Source of the DNA: Escherichia coli
GTDB lineage: Bacteria; Pseudomonadota; Gammaproteobacteria; Enterobacterales; Enterobacteriaceae
Direction: 5' to 3' (one strand)
Length of the DNA: 64,000 nt
Assembly (NCBI RefSeq): GCF_048403405.1
Contig: NZ_CP183129.1
Positions 29,168-43,481 of the stretch are shown piece by piece; the first letter of the stretch is position 1; the number at the start of each line of letters is the position of its first letter. Position numbers and translations under genes: made by a program. Under the pieces are notes generated by a model. It had not been told where the DNA came from. It saw only the letters and a program-made list of their open reading frames with translations, and ran no database searches.

Positions 29168-30235
29168 TTAATTGGTTGCCGGATATTCCTGAATGGTGAC
29201 CTGCAGCGTTAACTGCTTATCATCACGCATCACTACAACCGGGATCACCGAGCCAGGGCGAATTTCCGCCACCTGATCCATCGTCTCCAGAGCAGAGATG
29301 GCCGGTTTGTTATCCACCGAAATAATCAAATCGTTGACCTGAATACCCGCATTCGCCGCCGGGCCGTCAGGTGACACTTCATTAACCACGATCCCTTGCA
29401 GTTGATCTATACCACCGCCCTGCGCGTGCAGTGGTGCGATCTCACGTCCGCCGATACCAATGTAGCCGCGGATCACGCGACCATCGCGGATCAGTTTATC
29501 CATAATTTTGGTTGCTAACTGGAAAGGAATCGCAAAGCCGATACCTTCCGGCGTTTCGCCATCGTTACTCTTATCAAACGACAGCGTGTTAATGCCCATC
29601 AGTTCGCCCAGCGAGTTCACCAGCGCGCCGCCAGAGTTACCGTGGTTAATGGAAGCATCGGTTTGCAGGAAGTTTTGCCGCCCGGTCGGGTTCAGACCGA
29701 TTCGACCCGTGGCACTAATAATCCCCTGGGTAATGGTCTGCCCGAGGTTGTACGGGTTACCGATCGCTAGTACCACGTCGCCAATGTGCGGTACGCGACG
29801 TGCATTGATTGGAATGGTAGGTAAACCGCCAGTGGCATTAATTTTAAGTACCGCCAGATCGGTTAGAGAGTCAGATCCCACCAGCAATGCTTCAAATACA
29901 CGCCCATCCTGTAAGGCGACGATGATCTGATCGGCGTCGTTGATGACGTGTTTATTGGTGATGATATAACCGCGTTGATCCATGATTACACCGGATCCCA
30001 GGGTGCGGATCTCAAGCTGGTTGTGAGAGTTGGTGTTCAAACCACGGTTGTAAACGTTAACCACCGCTGGTGCGGCGCGGCGAACCGCCAGATTATAGCT
30101 GGCAGGCGTCTCATCGGTACTGTCAAATTGCGGAGTGGAAAGCGGGTTAAGGCTGCGCAGCGAAGGCATGGCAACCAGCAGAATAGCGCCGACAATTAAT
30201 CCAATCGCAACGGAACGTAAGAGCTTCACAAACAT
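29168..30235 (-). CDS. degS: regulated intramembrane proteolysis serine protease DegS
   Basis: 355 aa, N-terminal TM, trypsin-like fold, single C-terminal PDZ. Confidence 0.95.
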   Translation of the reverse strand: MFVKLLRSVAIGLIVGAILLVAMPSLRSLNPLSTPQFDSTDETPASYNLAVRRAAPAVVNVYNRGLNTNSHNQLEIRTLGSGVIMDQRGYIITNKHVINDADQIIVALQDGRVFEALLVGSDSLTDLAVLKINATGGLPTIPINARRVPHIGDVVLAIGNPYNLGQTITQGIISATGRIGLNPTGRQNFLQTDASINHGNSGGALVNSLGELMGINTLSFDKSNDGETPEGIGFAIPFQLATKIMDKLIRDGRVIRGYIGIGGREIAPLHAQGGGIDQLQGIVVNEVSPDGPAANAGIQVNDLIISVDNKPAISALETMDQVAEIRPGSVIPVVVMRDDKQLTLQVTIQEYPATN

Positions 30236-30324
30236 GATGGAGGCGTCATTAAAAAAGGGAACGGCAGCAGCATACCACGAGTTAACCGGACATCACACGT
30301 CAGCCTGATGCCCGGTTTACGACA

Positions 30325-31692
30325 TTAACGCATCAGCAGATAGATGCTTTCATTGCCGCGTACAATTTGCAGGGCGATGATGGCCGGTTTTGCCGCCAGC
30401 ACTTTACGCATTTCAGCAATCGAGTTCACCCGATCGCGGTTGACGCCAATGATCACATCGTCTTTTTGCAAGCCTGCCTGAGCAGCTGGGCTTCCTTTGA
30501 CAACCTCATCGATCTTAATACCTTTGCCGCCATCTTTTAGCTGACCATCGCTCAACGTTGCACCTTCAAGCGCTGGCGTGATCATTTCAGCGCTGGCCGA
30601 CGAAGAGGTGCTGGTATCGAGCGTCACTTCTACTTCCAGTGGTTTGCCGTTACGCAGCAGGCCAAGCTTCACTTTCGTGCCCGGCTCGGTGGTTGCGATA
30701 CGAGAGCGCAACTCAGCAAAGCTATTCAGCGGTTTGCCGTTGAGGCTGGTAATAATATCGCCCGCTTTGACGCCCGCTTTTGCCGAGCCAGAACCTGGCA
30801 ACACTTCGCTGACAAACGCGCCACGCTGCACGTCAAGGTTGAAGGCTTTGGCGATATCGGCACTCATCTCTGTGCCTTTGATGCCTAACAGACCGCGTTT
30901 GATTTCACCAAAGTCGATAAGCTGCTGCGCCAGTGTTCGCGCCATATTACTGGGGATGGCAAATCCAATCCCGACGCTCCCGCCGCCAGGCGCAAGGATT
31001 GCCGTGTTGATGCCAATTAACTCACCGTTAAGGTTTAACAGTGCACCGCCGGAGTTACCGCGGTTAATGGAAGCATCTGTCTGGATAAAGTTTTCAAGAC
31101 CTTCAAGATTCAACCCACTGCGGCCTAATGCTGACACAATGCCAGAGGTGGCGGTTTGCCCAAGGCCAAATGGGTTACCGACCGCCACGGCAAAATCACC
31201 GACGCGCAATTTATCGGAGTCGGCAATAGCGATTTGCGTTAATTTGCTCGGGTTTTGAATTTGCAACAGGGCGATATCGCTCTGGTCATCGCTACCAATC
31301 AGTTTTGCATCAAACTCGCGCCCATCATTGAGCTGAATACTGATTTTCTGTGCCTGATTAATCACATGGTTGTTAGTCAGCACATAGCCTTTACTGGCGT
31401 TGATGATGACACCGGAGCCTAAACCTTCGAAGGGTTGTGCAGGTTGATCCGGTAAATCATCACCAAAAAACTTTTTGAATTCTTCCGGGATTTTCTGTCC
31501 CTGACTGGCCGTTCCTTCCACCCGTACGCTCACCACTGCCGGAAGCACTTTTTCCAGCATTGGAGCCAGACTGGGGAGAGGGGCCTGATCGGCAACCTGG
31601 CCTGGAATCGACGCAACGGCCTGAAATGACGCCGAGAGAGTTAACCCGACACTTAACGCTAATGCACTCAACAGCTGGGTTTGTTTTTTCAT
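30325..31692 (-). CDS. degQ: periplasmic serine endoprotease DegQ
   Basis: 455 aa from MKKQTQLLSALALSVGLTLSA (signal peptide); HtrA family with two PDZ domains. Confidence 0.95.
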   Translation of the reverse strand: MKKQTQLLSALALSVGLTLSASFQAVASIPGQVADQAPLPSLAPMLEKVLPAVVSVRVEGTASQGQKIPEEFKKFFGDDLPDQPAQPFEGLGSGVIINASKGYVLTNNHVINQAQKISIQLNDGREFDAKLIGSDDQSDIALLQIQNPSKLTQIAIADSDKLRVGDFAVAVGNPFGLGQTATSGIVSALGRSGLNLEGLENFIQTDASINRGNSGGALLNLNGELIGINTAILAPGGGSVGIGFAIPSNMARTLAQQLIDFGEIKRGLLGIKGTEMSADIAKAFNLDVQRGAFVSEVLPGSGSAKAGVKAGDIITSLNGKPLNSFAELRSRIATTEPGTKVKLGLLRNGKPLEVEVTLDTSTSSSASAEMITPALEGATLSDGQLKDGGKGIKIDEVVKGSPAAQAGLQKDDVIIGVNRDRVNSIAEMRKVLAAKPAIIALQIVRGNESIYLLMR

Positions 31693-31845
31693 TATTCCTG
31701 CTCTCGTACCTGAATGATAAGAAAAGAGATTCAAAACAGTTTGATGTTATTGAATTTTCAGACGGCTAACAATGAGACACCAGATTAAATGATAGTCGGG
31801 GAGGGAAAGAAGAGGAGGGCGCAATGGCTGCGCCCGAAAAATAAA

Positions 31846-32244
31846 TTAGTCGCGCTTCGCGCCAGTACGCAGCAGGCCGGACGCGCCTTCAGAATAGTCG
31901 CGAGGCATTTGCACCGGTGCCTGATCGTTGCTGGCTTCAGACTCTGCCAGACGATTACGGAACGGGTTTGCTTCAGCAGACAGTTCCGGCAGCAGGCTGC
32001 TGGAGCTTTTCGCCATGTGCTGATACAGCTGGCGATAGTCGTGCGCCATGGTATCCAGTAATTCCGCGCTGCGGGCAAAGTGGCTAACCAGCTCTTCGCG
32101 ATACTCGTCCAGTTCAGCTTTATTCTTTTCCAGTTCGTACTGCAACGCCTGTTGCTGGCGTAGTTTACGATTACCAAAACGCATGGCCACAGCACCAATA
32201 ATGATGCCGACGACTAACCCAATTAGCGCATATTCCCAGGTCAT
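31846..32244 (-). CDS. zapG: Z-ring associated inner-membrane protein ZapG (YhcB)
   Basis: 132 aa from MTWEYALIGLVVGIIIGAVAMRF. Confidence 0.9.
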   Translation of the reverse strand: MTWEYALIGLVVGIIIGAVAMRFGNRKLRQQQALQYELEKNKAELDEYREELVSHFARSAELLDTMAHDYRQLYQHMAKSSSSLLPELSAEANPFRNRLAESEASNDQAPVQMPRDYSEGASGLLRTGAKRD

Positions 32245-32437
32245 GAACATCTCCCGTTGTCTTTTGTTTCCGTAGGGTGTTGGCTTCAGGCTCCATGCCT
32301 GCGGCTGATTATGCCACTATAACCGTTAATTCCACAGAAGTGGAATCCCGACTGCATATCGCGTAGTGTAGAACGGCCTTTTTTTCGTCAACCGTGAACA
32401 ACGGCGCACCGATTATTCAAGGAATAACAATAAGATC

Positions 32438-33565
32438 ATGCAAAGCATTACCCCAACATCGCAATACCTGAAGGCGCTCAATGAAGGCAGCCATCAACCC
32501 GACGACGTTCAAAAAGAGGCCGTCAGCCGCCTGGAAATTATTTATCAGGAACTCATCAATAGCACGCCTCCAGCCCCCAGGACGAGTGGGCTAATGGCGC
32601 GGGTCGGTAAGCTGTGGGGTAAACGCGAAGACACAAAGCATACGCCAGTGCGTGGCTTATATATGTGGGGCGGTGTAGGACGCGGGAAAACCTGGCTGAT
32701 GGACCTTTTCTATCAAAGCCTGCCGGGAGAGCGGAAACAGCGTCTGCACTTTCACCGTTTTATGCTGCGGGTGCACGAAGAGCTGACCGAATTACAAGGC
32801 CAAAGCGATCCGCTGGAAATTATTGCCGATCGCTTTAAAGCAGAAACTGACGTGCTCTGTTTTGACGAATTTTTTGTTTCTGATATTACCGACGCCATGC
32901 TACTTGGCGGCCTGATGAAAGCCCTGTTCGCTCGCGGAATAACGCTGGTAGCGACGTCAAATATTCCGCCGGACGAACTTTATCGAAATGGCCTGCAACG
33001 TGCGCGTTTTTTGCCTGCAATCGATGCTATTAAACAGCATTGTGATGTAATGAACGTGGACGCTGGTGTTGATTATCGACTGCGTACACTCACTCAGGCG
33101 CATCTGTGGCTTTCGCCCCTCAACGATGAAACCCGGGCGCAAATGGATAAACTATGGTTGGCGCTGGCGGGGGCGAAACGAGAAAATTCACCGACATTAG
33201 AAATCAACCATCGGCCATTGGCGACAATGGGCGTCGAGAACCAGACGCTGGCGGTCTCTTTTACTACGCTGTGCGTCGACGCCCGCAGTCAGCATGACTA
33301 TATTGCGCTCTCACGCCTCTTTCATACGGTCATGTTGTTTGATGTACCAGTTATGACGCGGTTGATGGAGAGCGAAGCGCGACGTTTTATTGCGCTGGTG
33401 GATGAGTTTTACGAGCGCCATGTCAAATTAGTGGTGAGTGCAGAAGTGTCGCTGTATGAAATTTATCAGGGTGAGCGGCTGAAGTTTGAGTTCCAGCGTT
33501 GCCTGTCACGTCTGCAAGAGATGCAAAGCGAAGAGTATCTGAAGCGCGAGCATTTAGCGGGTTAA
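32438..33565 (+). CDS. zapE: cell division ATPase ZapE (YhcM, AFG1-like)
   Basis: 375 aa with Walker A GGVGRGKTWLMD. Confidence 0.93.
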   Translation: MQSITPTSQYLKALNEGSHQPDDVQKEAVSRLEIIYQELINSTPPAPRTSGLMARVGKLWGKREDTKHTPVRGLYMWGGVGRGKTWLMDLFYQSLPGERKQRLHFHRFMLRVHEELTELQGQSDPLEIIADRFKAETDVLCFDEFFVSDITDAMLLGGLMKALFARGITLVATSNIPPDELYRNGLQRARFLPAIDAIKQHCDVMNVDAGVDYRLRTLTQAHLWLSPLNDETRAQMDKLWLALAGAKRENSPTLEINHRPLATMGVENQTLAVSFTTLCVDARSQHDYIALSRLFHTVMLFDVPVMTRLMESEARRFIALVDEFYERHVKLVVSAEVSLYEIYQGERLKFEFQRCLSRLQEMQSEEYLKREHLAG

Positions 33566-33696
33566 AACCTGCCACAAATCACAAAAAGGGGTCGATCTTT
33601 GACCCCGACTTCTCTATAATCCTGCGACCCCACGTTACAAGAAAGTTTTTTTCCCAAAACTTTTTGTGTGCTGGCATAGGCTATTCGAAGGGGTAG

Positions 33697-34212
<516 letters not shown>

Positions 34213-34224
34213 TCGGGATTATAG

Positions 34225-34620
<396 letters not shown>

Positions 34621-34653
34621 TTGGCTTCTGCTCCGGCAGAAAACAATTTGCGA

Positions 34654-34682
34654 AAAAACCCGCTTCGGCGGGTTTTTTTATG
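34654..34682 (+). terminator. rho-independent terminator of rplM-rpsI
   Basis: AAAAAACCCGCTTCGGCGGGTTTTTTTAT after the rpsI stop. Confidence 0.85.
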
Positions 34683-35014
34683 GCTAAATTCTGAATCAGC
34701 GTAAAAAATGGAAAGTTGCTTTTTGCTGCCGTCTGACAGACAGGCAAAACAAAAACCACATCGCCAATAAGGGACTAAGTCAACTATTTCAGACTAAAGC
34801 GCATCTCTTTTTCCCCATTTCCGGCATCGACTCACCACAAAGGTCGCAAAATCTGGTAAACTATCATCCAATTTTCTGCCCAAATGTCGGGTATTGCTCA
34901 TTTTTTGTTTGATTTTCGAACAAAGAGAGTCGTTCCTTACTGGGTAACACAACTTCTGACTGGCCACCTGGTGGCTGGTAGCAGTAAAAATTCTGACTAT
35001 ACCTGGAGGTTTTC

Positions 35015-35653
35015 ATGGCTGTCGCTGCCAACAAACGTTCGGTAATGACGCTGTTTTCCGGTCCTACTGACATCTATAGCCATCAGGTCCGCATTGTGCT
35101 GGCTGAGAAAGGTGTAAGTTTCGAGATCGAACACGTGGAAAAGGACAATCCGCCTCAGGATCTGATTGACCTCAACCCGAATCAGAGCGTTCCGACCCTG
35201 GTGGATCGTGAGCTGACCCTGTGGGAATCTCGCATCATTATGGAATATCTGGATGAGCGTTTCCCGCATCCGCCACTGATGCCTGTTTACCCGGTAGCTC
35301 GCGGTGAAAGCCGTCTGTACATGCATCGCATCGAAAAAGACTGGTACACGCTGATGAACACCATCATCAACGGTTCAGCTTCTGAAGCAGATGCCGCACG
35401 TAAGCAACTGCGCGAAGAACTGCTGGCGATTGCGCCGGTCTTCGGTCAGAAGCCGTACTTCCTGAGCGATGAGTTCAGCCTGGTCGATTGCTACCTTGCT
35501 CCGCTGCTGTGGCGTCTGCCGCAACTGGGCATCGAGTTCAGCGGCCCGGGTGCGAAAGAGCTGAAAGGCTATATGACCCGCGTCTTTGAGCGTGACTCTT
35601 TCCTTGCTTCTTTAACTGAAGCAGAACGTGAAATGCGTCTGGGCCGGAGTTAA
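35015..35653 (+). CDS. sspA: stringent starvation protein A (GST-like)
   Basis: 212 aa, MAVAANKRSVMTLFSGPTDIYSHQVRIVLAEKG... Confidence 0.97.
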   Translation: MAVAANKRSVMTLFSGPTDIYSHQVRIVLAEKGVSFEIEHVEKDNPPQDLIDLNPNQSVPTLVDRELTLWESRIIMEYLDERFPHPPLMPVYPVARGESRLYMHRIEKDWYTLMNTIINGSASEADAARKQLREELLAIAPVFGQKPYFLSDEFSLVDCYLAPLLWRLPQLGIEFSGPGAKELKGYMTRVFERDSFLASLTEAEREMRLGRS

Positions 35654-35658
35654 TCTGT

Positions 35659-36156
35659 ATGGATTTGTCACAGCTAACACCACGTCGTCCCTATCTGCTG
35701 CGTGCATTCTATGAGTGGTTGCTGGATAACCAGCTCACGCCGCACCTGGTGGTGGATGTGACGCTCCCTGGCGTGCAGGTTCCTATGGAATATGCGCGTG
35801 ACGGGCAAATCGTACTCAACATTGCTCCGCGAGCTGTCGGCAATCTGGAACTGGCGAATGATGAGGTGCGCTTTAACGCGCGCTTTGGTGGCATTCCGCG
35901 TCAGGTTTCTGTGCCGCTGGCTGCCGTGCTGGCTATCTACGCCCGTGAAAATGGCGCAGGCACGATGTTTGAACCTGAAGCTGCCTACGATGAAGATGCC
36001 AGCATCATGAATGATGAAGAGGCATCGGCAGACAACGAAACCGTTATGTCGGTTATTGATGGCGACAAGCCAGATCACGATGATGACACTCATCCTGACG
36101 ATGAACCACCGCAGCCACCACGTGGTGGTCGACCAGCATTACGCGTTGTGAAGTAA
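35659..36156 (+). CDS. sspB: ClpXP adaptor stringent starvation protein B
   Basis: 165 aa, MDLSQLTPRRPYLLRAFYEWLLDNQLTPHLVV, acidic tail ending RGGRPALRVVK. Confidence 0.97.
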   Translation: MDLSQLTPRRPYLLRAFYEWLLDNQLTPHLVVDVTLPGVQVPMEYARDGQIVLNIAPRAVGNLELANDEVRFNARFGGIPRQVSVPLAAVLAIYARENGAGTMFEPEAAYDEDASIMNDEEASADNETVMSVIDGDKPDHDDDTHPDDEPPQPPRGGRPALRVVK

Positions 36157-36160
36157 TACT

Positions 36161-36193
36161 AAAACAGGCCCTGGCGGCCTGTTTTGTCTTTTT
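36161..36193. terminator. bidirectional terminator between sspB and dcuD
   Basis: AAAACAGGCC-CTGGC-GGCCTGTTTTGTCTTTTT. Confidence 0.8.
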
Positions 36194-36199
36194 AATGAC

Positions 36200-37567
36200 T
36201 TAATAAAATAGCGTGATTGTGGCAATCATATTCACCACGAAACCGACTGCCATGGGGATCGCTGTCCGCTTCACTACCGCAAAAGGCGAAACGCCTGCAA
36301 TTCCTGACGTAACGACCACCACCGCAGTAATCGGCGAAACAGCGCGCGCTAGCGTCGTGGCAAAATGCATCGGCATAATCATTACAACCGCTGGCACATG
36401 TAGTCCGGCTGCGATATTCGGAATAAGACTGGCAAATGACATAAACGGCGCATTGCCTGAGCCCATCACAATGGCACAAATGGCAATGACCAGCGCCATA
36501 ATAATCATCACGCCAATACCGCCCAGACCAGAATGCTCCGCACCCCTGATAACCGCATCGACAGTGCCAATCGTCGTTAAGCCTTTCGCAAATATTTCAC
36601 CCGCGACCACCAGCGTTACCACGTTGGCAAACTGCGTACCCATGCCGTCAAAAAACGCCTGCACATCATCCATTGTTTCACGCAAGTTATGCTTGCGGAA
36701 GAACTCAACAAACATCGTCACCGTCAAACTCAGTAACATCACCACCACCAGATGCAGTTCTGACTGCATCAGCCCGACGTGGGCAAGGAACAGCGAGCCG
36801 AGCATCAGGATTAACGGCATCACCGGTAAAATGGCGTAATAGAGCGGTGGGACATTATCGAGAGCTTTTTGCTCTGCCTGTTCGTGATTGATATTTTTAT
36901 CTTTTTTGTCGAAAGCGCGTTGCACGAAAAAGTGGGAGATCGCCACCGAGATAATGACGCAAGAGGCGACCGGAAGCTGGTAGTGGAAGAAGTAAGTGGC
37001 AATTTTCATTCCTGCGACCTGGGCAGCAAAAATGGAGTTCGTTTCCAGAATCCCCCACTCAATGGACATCGTGGTTGCGATAACCGCCACCGCAGAGAGG
37101 CGACTTACTCCCAGACTCACCAGCGTCGGAAATAAGGTGACCATCAGCAACATACCCAGACCGGAGGCGCTGGTAATAAACTGCGCCATGATTTGGCCGA
37201 TGACGTAAGTTGCCGACAGAATAATATACGGCGAGCGAATGAGTTTTAACGGGCGGCTTAACAAGCTCACCATCGCGCGACTTGCCCCTATGCGCTCCAT
37301 ATAGCGGGCATAACCGCCCACTGCCATAATCGACAGCCCCAATCCGGCAATGCGGTTGGACAGCATGCGCAGGATTTCATTATAAATATCGACGATCAAG
37401 TAGCCGCTGCTTTTGGCGGGATCGAGCACACCACCGAACCCTAACCAGACACCGCACATCATCAGGAAGATACCTGCGACAGCCAGCACCACCTGAGGTT
37501 TGTAGTTTTTCAGGATCAAATAGCCCATCGTAATTAATACGATGACAGATATAATTATGCCGAACAT
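36200..37567 (-). CDS. dcuD: C4-dicarboxylate transporter DcuD (DcuC family)
   Basis: 455 aa from [25 protein letters not shown]; polytopic membrane protein. Confidence 0.9.
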   Translation of the reverse strand: MFGIIISVIVLITMGYLILKNYKPQVVLAVAGIFLMMCGVWLGFGGVLDPAKSSGYLIVDIYNEILRMLSNRIAGLGLSIMAVGGYARYMERIGASRAMVSLLSRPLKLIRSPYIILSATYVIGQIMAQFITSASGLGMLLMVTLFPTLVSLGVSRLSAVAVIATTMSIEWGILETNSIFAAQVAGMKIATYFFHYQLPVASCVIISVAISHFFVQRAFDKKDKNINHEQAEQKALDNVPPLYYAILPVMPLILMLGSLFLAHVGLMQSELHLVVVMLLSLTVTMFVEFFRKHNLRETMDDVQAFFDGMGTQFANVVTLVVAGEIFAKGLTTIGTVDAVIRGAEHSGLGGIGVMIIMALVIAICAIVMGSGNAPFMSFASLIPNIAAGLHVPAVVMIMPMHFATTLARAVSPITAVVVVTSGIAGVSPFAVVKRTAIPMAVGFVVNMIATITLFY

Positions 37568-37946
37568 TGTTGAACTCCGTGTCAAAAGAAAACGGTCAAT
37601 CCCATAAACGGCAGATTGAAAACAATGATGTTATATTTTTTGCAAGGCTATTTATGGTGCGGATGTCGTGTTTTTAATTGTAGGTGAGGTGATTTTTCAT
37701 TAAAAAATATGCGCTTATGATTATTTTGTAAGAACACATTCATAATATTCATAATGCTCGTGAATAGTCTTATAAATAATTCAATCGGGATGTTTTTATC
37801 TGCGTTACATTAATTTTTCACAATAGTTAATTATTCCGTTAATTATGGTAATGATGAGGCACAAAGAGAAAACCCTGCCATTTTCCCCTACTTTCAATCC
37901 TGTGATAGGATGTCACTGATGATGTTAATCACACTGACCTTACAGA

Positions 37947-38738
37947 ATGGGCCTTATGAACGCATTTGATTCGCAAACCGAAGATTCTTCACCTGCAATT
38001 GGTCGCAACTTGCGTAGCCGCCCGCTGGCGCGTAAAAAACTCTCCGAAATGGTGGAAGAAGAGCTGGAACAGATGATCCGCCGTCGTGAATTTGGCGAAG
38101 GTGAACAATTACCGTCTGAACGCGAACTGATGGCGTTCTTTAACGTCGGGCGTCCTTCGGTGCGTGAAGCGCTGGCAGCGTTAAAACGCAAAGGTCTGGT
38201 GCAAATAAACAACGGCGAACGCGCTCGCGTCTCACGTCCTTCTGCGGACACCATCATCGGCGAGCTTTCCGGCATGGCGAAAGATTTCCTTTCTCATCCT
38301 GGCGGGATTGCCCATTTCGAACAATTACGTCTGTTCTTTGAATCCAGCCTGGTGCGCTATGCGGCTGAACACGCCACCGATGAACAAATCGATTTGCTGG
38401 CAAAAGCACTGGAAATCAACAGTCAGTCGCTGGATAACAACGCGGCATTCATTCGCTCAGACGTTGATTTCCACCGCGTTCTGGCGGAGATCCCCGGTAA
38501 CCCAATCTTCATGGCGATCCACGTTGCCCTGCTCGACTGGCTGATCGCCGCACGTCCAACCGTGGCTGATCAGGCTCTGCACGAGCATAACAACGTTAGC
38601 TATCAACAGCATATTGCGATCGTTGACGCGATCCGCCGCCACGATCCCGATGAAGCCGATCGCGCGTTGCAATCGCATCTCAACAGCGTCTCTGCTACCT
38701 GGCACGCCTTCGGTCAGACCACCAACAAAAAGAAATAA
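37947..38738 (+). CDS. nanR: GntR/FadR-family repressor of sialic acid catabolism
   Basis: 263 aa with GntR HTH, immediately upstream of nanATEK. Confidence 0.95.
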   Translation: MGLMNAFDSQTEDSSPAIGRNLRSRPLARKKLSEMVEEELEQMIRRREFGEGEQLPSERELMAFFNVGRPSVREALAALKRKGLVQINNGERARVSRPSADTIIGELSGMAKDFLSHPGGIAHFEQLRLFFESSLVRYAAEHATDEQIDLLAKALEINSQSLDNNAAFIRSDVDFHRVLAEIPGNPIFMAIHVALLDWLIAARPTVADQALHEHNNVSYQQHIAIVDAIRRHDPDEADRALQSHLNSVSATWHAFGQTTNKKK

Positions 38739-38801
38739 TGCCACTTTAGTGAAGCAGATCGCATTATAAGCTTTCTGTATGGGGTGTTGCTTAATTGATC
38801 T

Positions 38802-38824
38802 GGTATAACAGGTATAAAGGTATA
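38802..38824 (+). promoter_or_regulatory. NanR operator: three GGTATA direct repeats in the nanA promoter
   Basis: GGTATAACAGGTATAAAGGTATA lies between nanR and nanA and matches the published NanR operator architecture. Confidence 0.8.
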
Positions 38825-38859
38825 TCGTTTATCAGACAAGCATCACTTCAGAGGTATTT

Positions 38860-39753
38860 ATGGCAACGAATTTACGTGGCGTAATGGCCGCACTCCTGAC
38901 TCCTTTTGACCAACAACAAGCACTGGATAAAGCGAGTCTGCGCCGCCTGGTTCAGTTCAATATTCAGCAGGGCATCGACGGCTTATACGTGGGTGGTTCG
39001 ACCGGCGAAGCCTTTGTACAAAGCCTTTCCGAGCGTGAACAGGTACTGGAAATCGTCGCCGAAGAGGCGAAAGGCAAGATTAAACTTATCGCCCACGTCG
39101 GTTGCGTCAGCACCGCCGAAAGCCAACAACTTGCGGCATCGGCTAAACGTTATGGCTTCGATGCCGTCTCCGCCGTCACTCCGTTCTACTATCCTTTCAG
39201 CTTTGAAGAACACTGCGATCACTATCGGGCAATTATTGATTCGGCGGATGGTTTGCCGATGGTGGTGTACAACATTCCAGCCCTGAGTGGGGTAAAACTG
39301 ACCCTGGATCAGATCAACACACTTGTTACATTGCCTGGCGTAGGTGCGCTGAAACAGACCTCTGGCGATCTCTATCAGATGGAGCAGATCCGTCGTGAGC
39401 ATCCTGATCTGGTGCTCTATAACGGTTACGACGAAATCTTCGCCTCTGGTCTTCTGGCGGGCGCTGATGGTGGTATCGGTAGTACCTACAACATCATGGG
39501 CTGGCGTTATCAGGGCATTGTTAAGGCGCTGAAAGAAGGCGATATCCAGACCGCGCAGAAACTGCAAACTGAGTGCAATAAAGTCATTGATTTACTGATC
39601 AAAACGGGCGTATTCCGCGGCCTGAAAACGGTCCTGCATTATATGGATGTCGTTTCTGTGCCGCTGTGCCGCAAACCGTTTGGTCCGGTAGATGAAAAAT
39701 ATCTGCCAGAACTGAAGGCGCTGGCCCAGCAGTTGATGCAAGAGCGCGGGTGA
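38860..39753 (+). CDS. nanA: N-acetylneuraminate lyase
   Basis: 297 aa, [27 protein letters not shown]... Confidence 0.97.
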
Positions 39754-39759
39754 GTTTTT

Positions 39760-39791
39760 TCCCCTCGCTCGCCCCTACCGGGTGAGGGGAA
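39760..39791. repeat. GC-rich hairpin element in the nanA-nanT spacer (possible attenuator)
   Basis: CCCCTCGCTCGCCCCTACCGGGTGAGGGGAA; same CCCCTC...GGGTGAGGGGAA architecture as 21911-21940. Confidence 0.45.
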
Positions 39792-39861
39792 ATAAACGCA
39801 TCTGTACCCTACAATTTTCATACCAAAGCGTGTGGGCATCGCCCACCGCGGGAGACTCACA

Positions 39862-41352
39862 ATGAGTACTACAACCCAGAATATCCCGTGGTATCGCCAT
39901 CTCAACCGCGCACAATGGCGGGCATTTTCCGCTGCCTGGTTGGGATATCTGCTTGACGGTTTTGATTTCGTTTTAATCGCCCTGGTACTCACCGAAGTAC
40001 AAGGTGAATTCGGGCTGACGACGGTGCAGGCGGCAAGTCTGATCTCCGCAGCCTTTATCTCTCGCTGGTTCGGCGGCCTGATGCTCGGCGCTATGGGTGA
40101 CCGCTACGGGCGTCGTCTGGCAATGGTCACCAGCATCGTTCTCTTCTCGGCCGGGACGCTGGCCTGCGGCTTTGCGCCAGGCTACATCACCATGTTTATC
40201 GCTCGTCTGGTCATCGGCATGGGGATGGCGGGTGAATACGGTTCCAGCGCCACCTATGTCATTGAAAGCTGGCCAAAACATCTGCGTAATAAAGCCAGTG
40301 GTTTTCTGATTTCCGGCTTCTCTGTGGGGGCCGTCGTTGCCGCTCAGGTCTATAGCCTGGTGGTTCCGGTCTGGGGCTGGCGTGCGCTGTTCTTTATCGG
40401 CATTTTGCCAATCATCTTTGCTCTCTGGCTGCGTAAAAACATCCCGGAAGCGGAAGACTGGAAAGAGAAACATGCTGGTAAAGCACCAGTACGCACGATG
40501 GTAGATATTCTCTACCGTGGTGAACATCGCATTGCCAATATCGTAATGACACTGGCGGCGGCTACTGCGCTGTGGTTTTGCTTCGCCGGTAACCTGCAAA
40601 ATGCCGCGATCGTCGCTGTTCTTGGGCTGTTATGCGCCGCAATCTTTATCAGCTTTATGGTGCAAAGTACGGGCAAACGCTGGCCAACGGGCGTAATGCT
40701 GATGGTGGTCGTGTTGTTTGCTTTCCTCTACTCATGGCCGATTCAGGCGCTGCTGCCAACGTATCTGAAAACCGATCTGGCTTATAACCCGCATACTGTC
40801 GCCAATGTGCTGTTCTTTAGTGGCTTTGGCGCGGCGGTGGGATACTGCGTAGGTGGCTTCCTCGGTGACTGGCTGGGAACCCGCAAAGCGTACGTTTGTA
40901 GCCTGCTGGCCTCGCAGCTGCTGATTATTCCGGTATTTGCGATTGGCGGCGCAAACGTCTGGGTGCTCGGTCTGTTACTGTTCTTCCAGCAAATGCTTGG
41001 ACAAGGGATCGCCGGGATCTTACCGAAACTGATTGGCGGTTATTTCGATACCGACCAGCGTGCAGCGGGCCTGGGCTTTACCTACAACGTCGGCGCATTG
41101 GGCGGTGCACTGGCCCCAATCATCGGCGCGTTGATCGCTCAACGTCTGGATCTGGGTACTGCGCTGGCATCGCTCTCGTTCAGTCTGACATTTGTGGTGA
41201 TCCTGCTGATTGGTCTGGATATGCCTTCCCGCGTTCAGCGTTGGCTGCGCCCGGAAGCATTGCGTACTCATGACGCTATCGACGGCAAACCATTTAGCGG
41301 TGCCGTGCCATTTGGCCGCGCCAAAAACGATTTAGTCAAAACCAAAAGTTAA
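39862..41352 (+). CDS. nanT: sialic acid:H+ symporter (MFS)
   Basis: 496 aa from [22 protein letters not shown]. Confidence 0.95.
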
Positions 41353-41399
41353 TCCTGTTGCCCGGTCTCTATACCGGGCCTTTCGCTAAGGGAAGATGT

Positions 41400-42085
41400 A
41401 TGTCGTTACTTGCACAACTGGATCAAAAAATCGCTGCTAACGGTGGCCTGATTGTCTCCTGCCAGCCGGTTCCGGACAGCCCGCTCGATAAACCCGAAAT
41501 CGTCGCCGCCATGGCATTAGCGGCAGAACAGGCGGGCGCGGTTGCCATTCGCATTGAAGGTGTGGCAAATCTGCAAGCCACGCGTGCGGTGGTGAGCGTG
41601 CCAATTATCGGGATTGTGAAACGCGATCTGGAGGATTCTCCGGTACGCATCACGGCCTATATTGAAGATGTTGATGCGCTGGCGCAGGCGGGCGCGGACA
41701 TTATCGCCATTGACGGCACCGACCGCCCGCGTCCGGTGCCTGTTGAAACGTTGCTGGCACGTATTCACCATCACGGTTTACTGGCGATGACCGACTGCTC
41801 AACGCCGGAAGACGGCCTGGCATGCCAAAAGCTGGGAGCCGAAATTATTGGCACTACGCTTTCTGGCTATACCACGCCTGAAACGCCAGAAGAGCCGGAT
41901 CTGGCGCTGGTGAAAACGTTGAGCGACGCCGGATGTCGGGTGATTGCCGAAGGGCGTTACAACACGCCTGCTCAGGCGGCAGATGCGATGCGCCACGGCG
42001 CGTGGGCGGTGACGGTCGGTTCTGCCATTACGCGTCTTGAACACATTTGTCAGTGGTACAACACAGCGATGAAAAAGGCGGTGCT

Positions 42086-42089
<4 letters not shown>
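41400..42089 (+). CDS. nanE: N-acetylmannosamine-6-phosphate 2-epimerase
   Basis: 229 aa from [23 protein letters not shown]. Confidence 0.95.
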
Positions 42090-43422
<1,333 letters not shown>

Positions 43423-43440
43423 AACTTAGTTCGTTTTAAA

Positions 43441-43468
43441 GATTCTGCAGACACTGTCTGCAGAATTC
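43441..43468. repeat. perfect 11-bp-arm palindrome centred on CAGAC-N3-GTCTG (nanQ/yhcG convergent spacer)
   Basis: ATTCTGCAGAC-ACT-GTCTGCAGAAT; no flanking T-tract; same family as the three units inside yhcG. Confidence 0.7.
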
Positions 43469-43481
43469 GAAACCGCTGAAA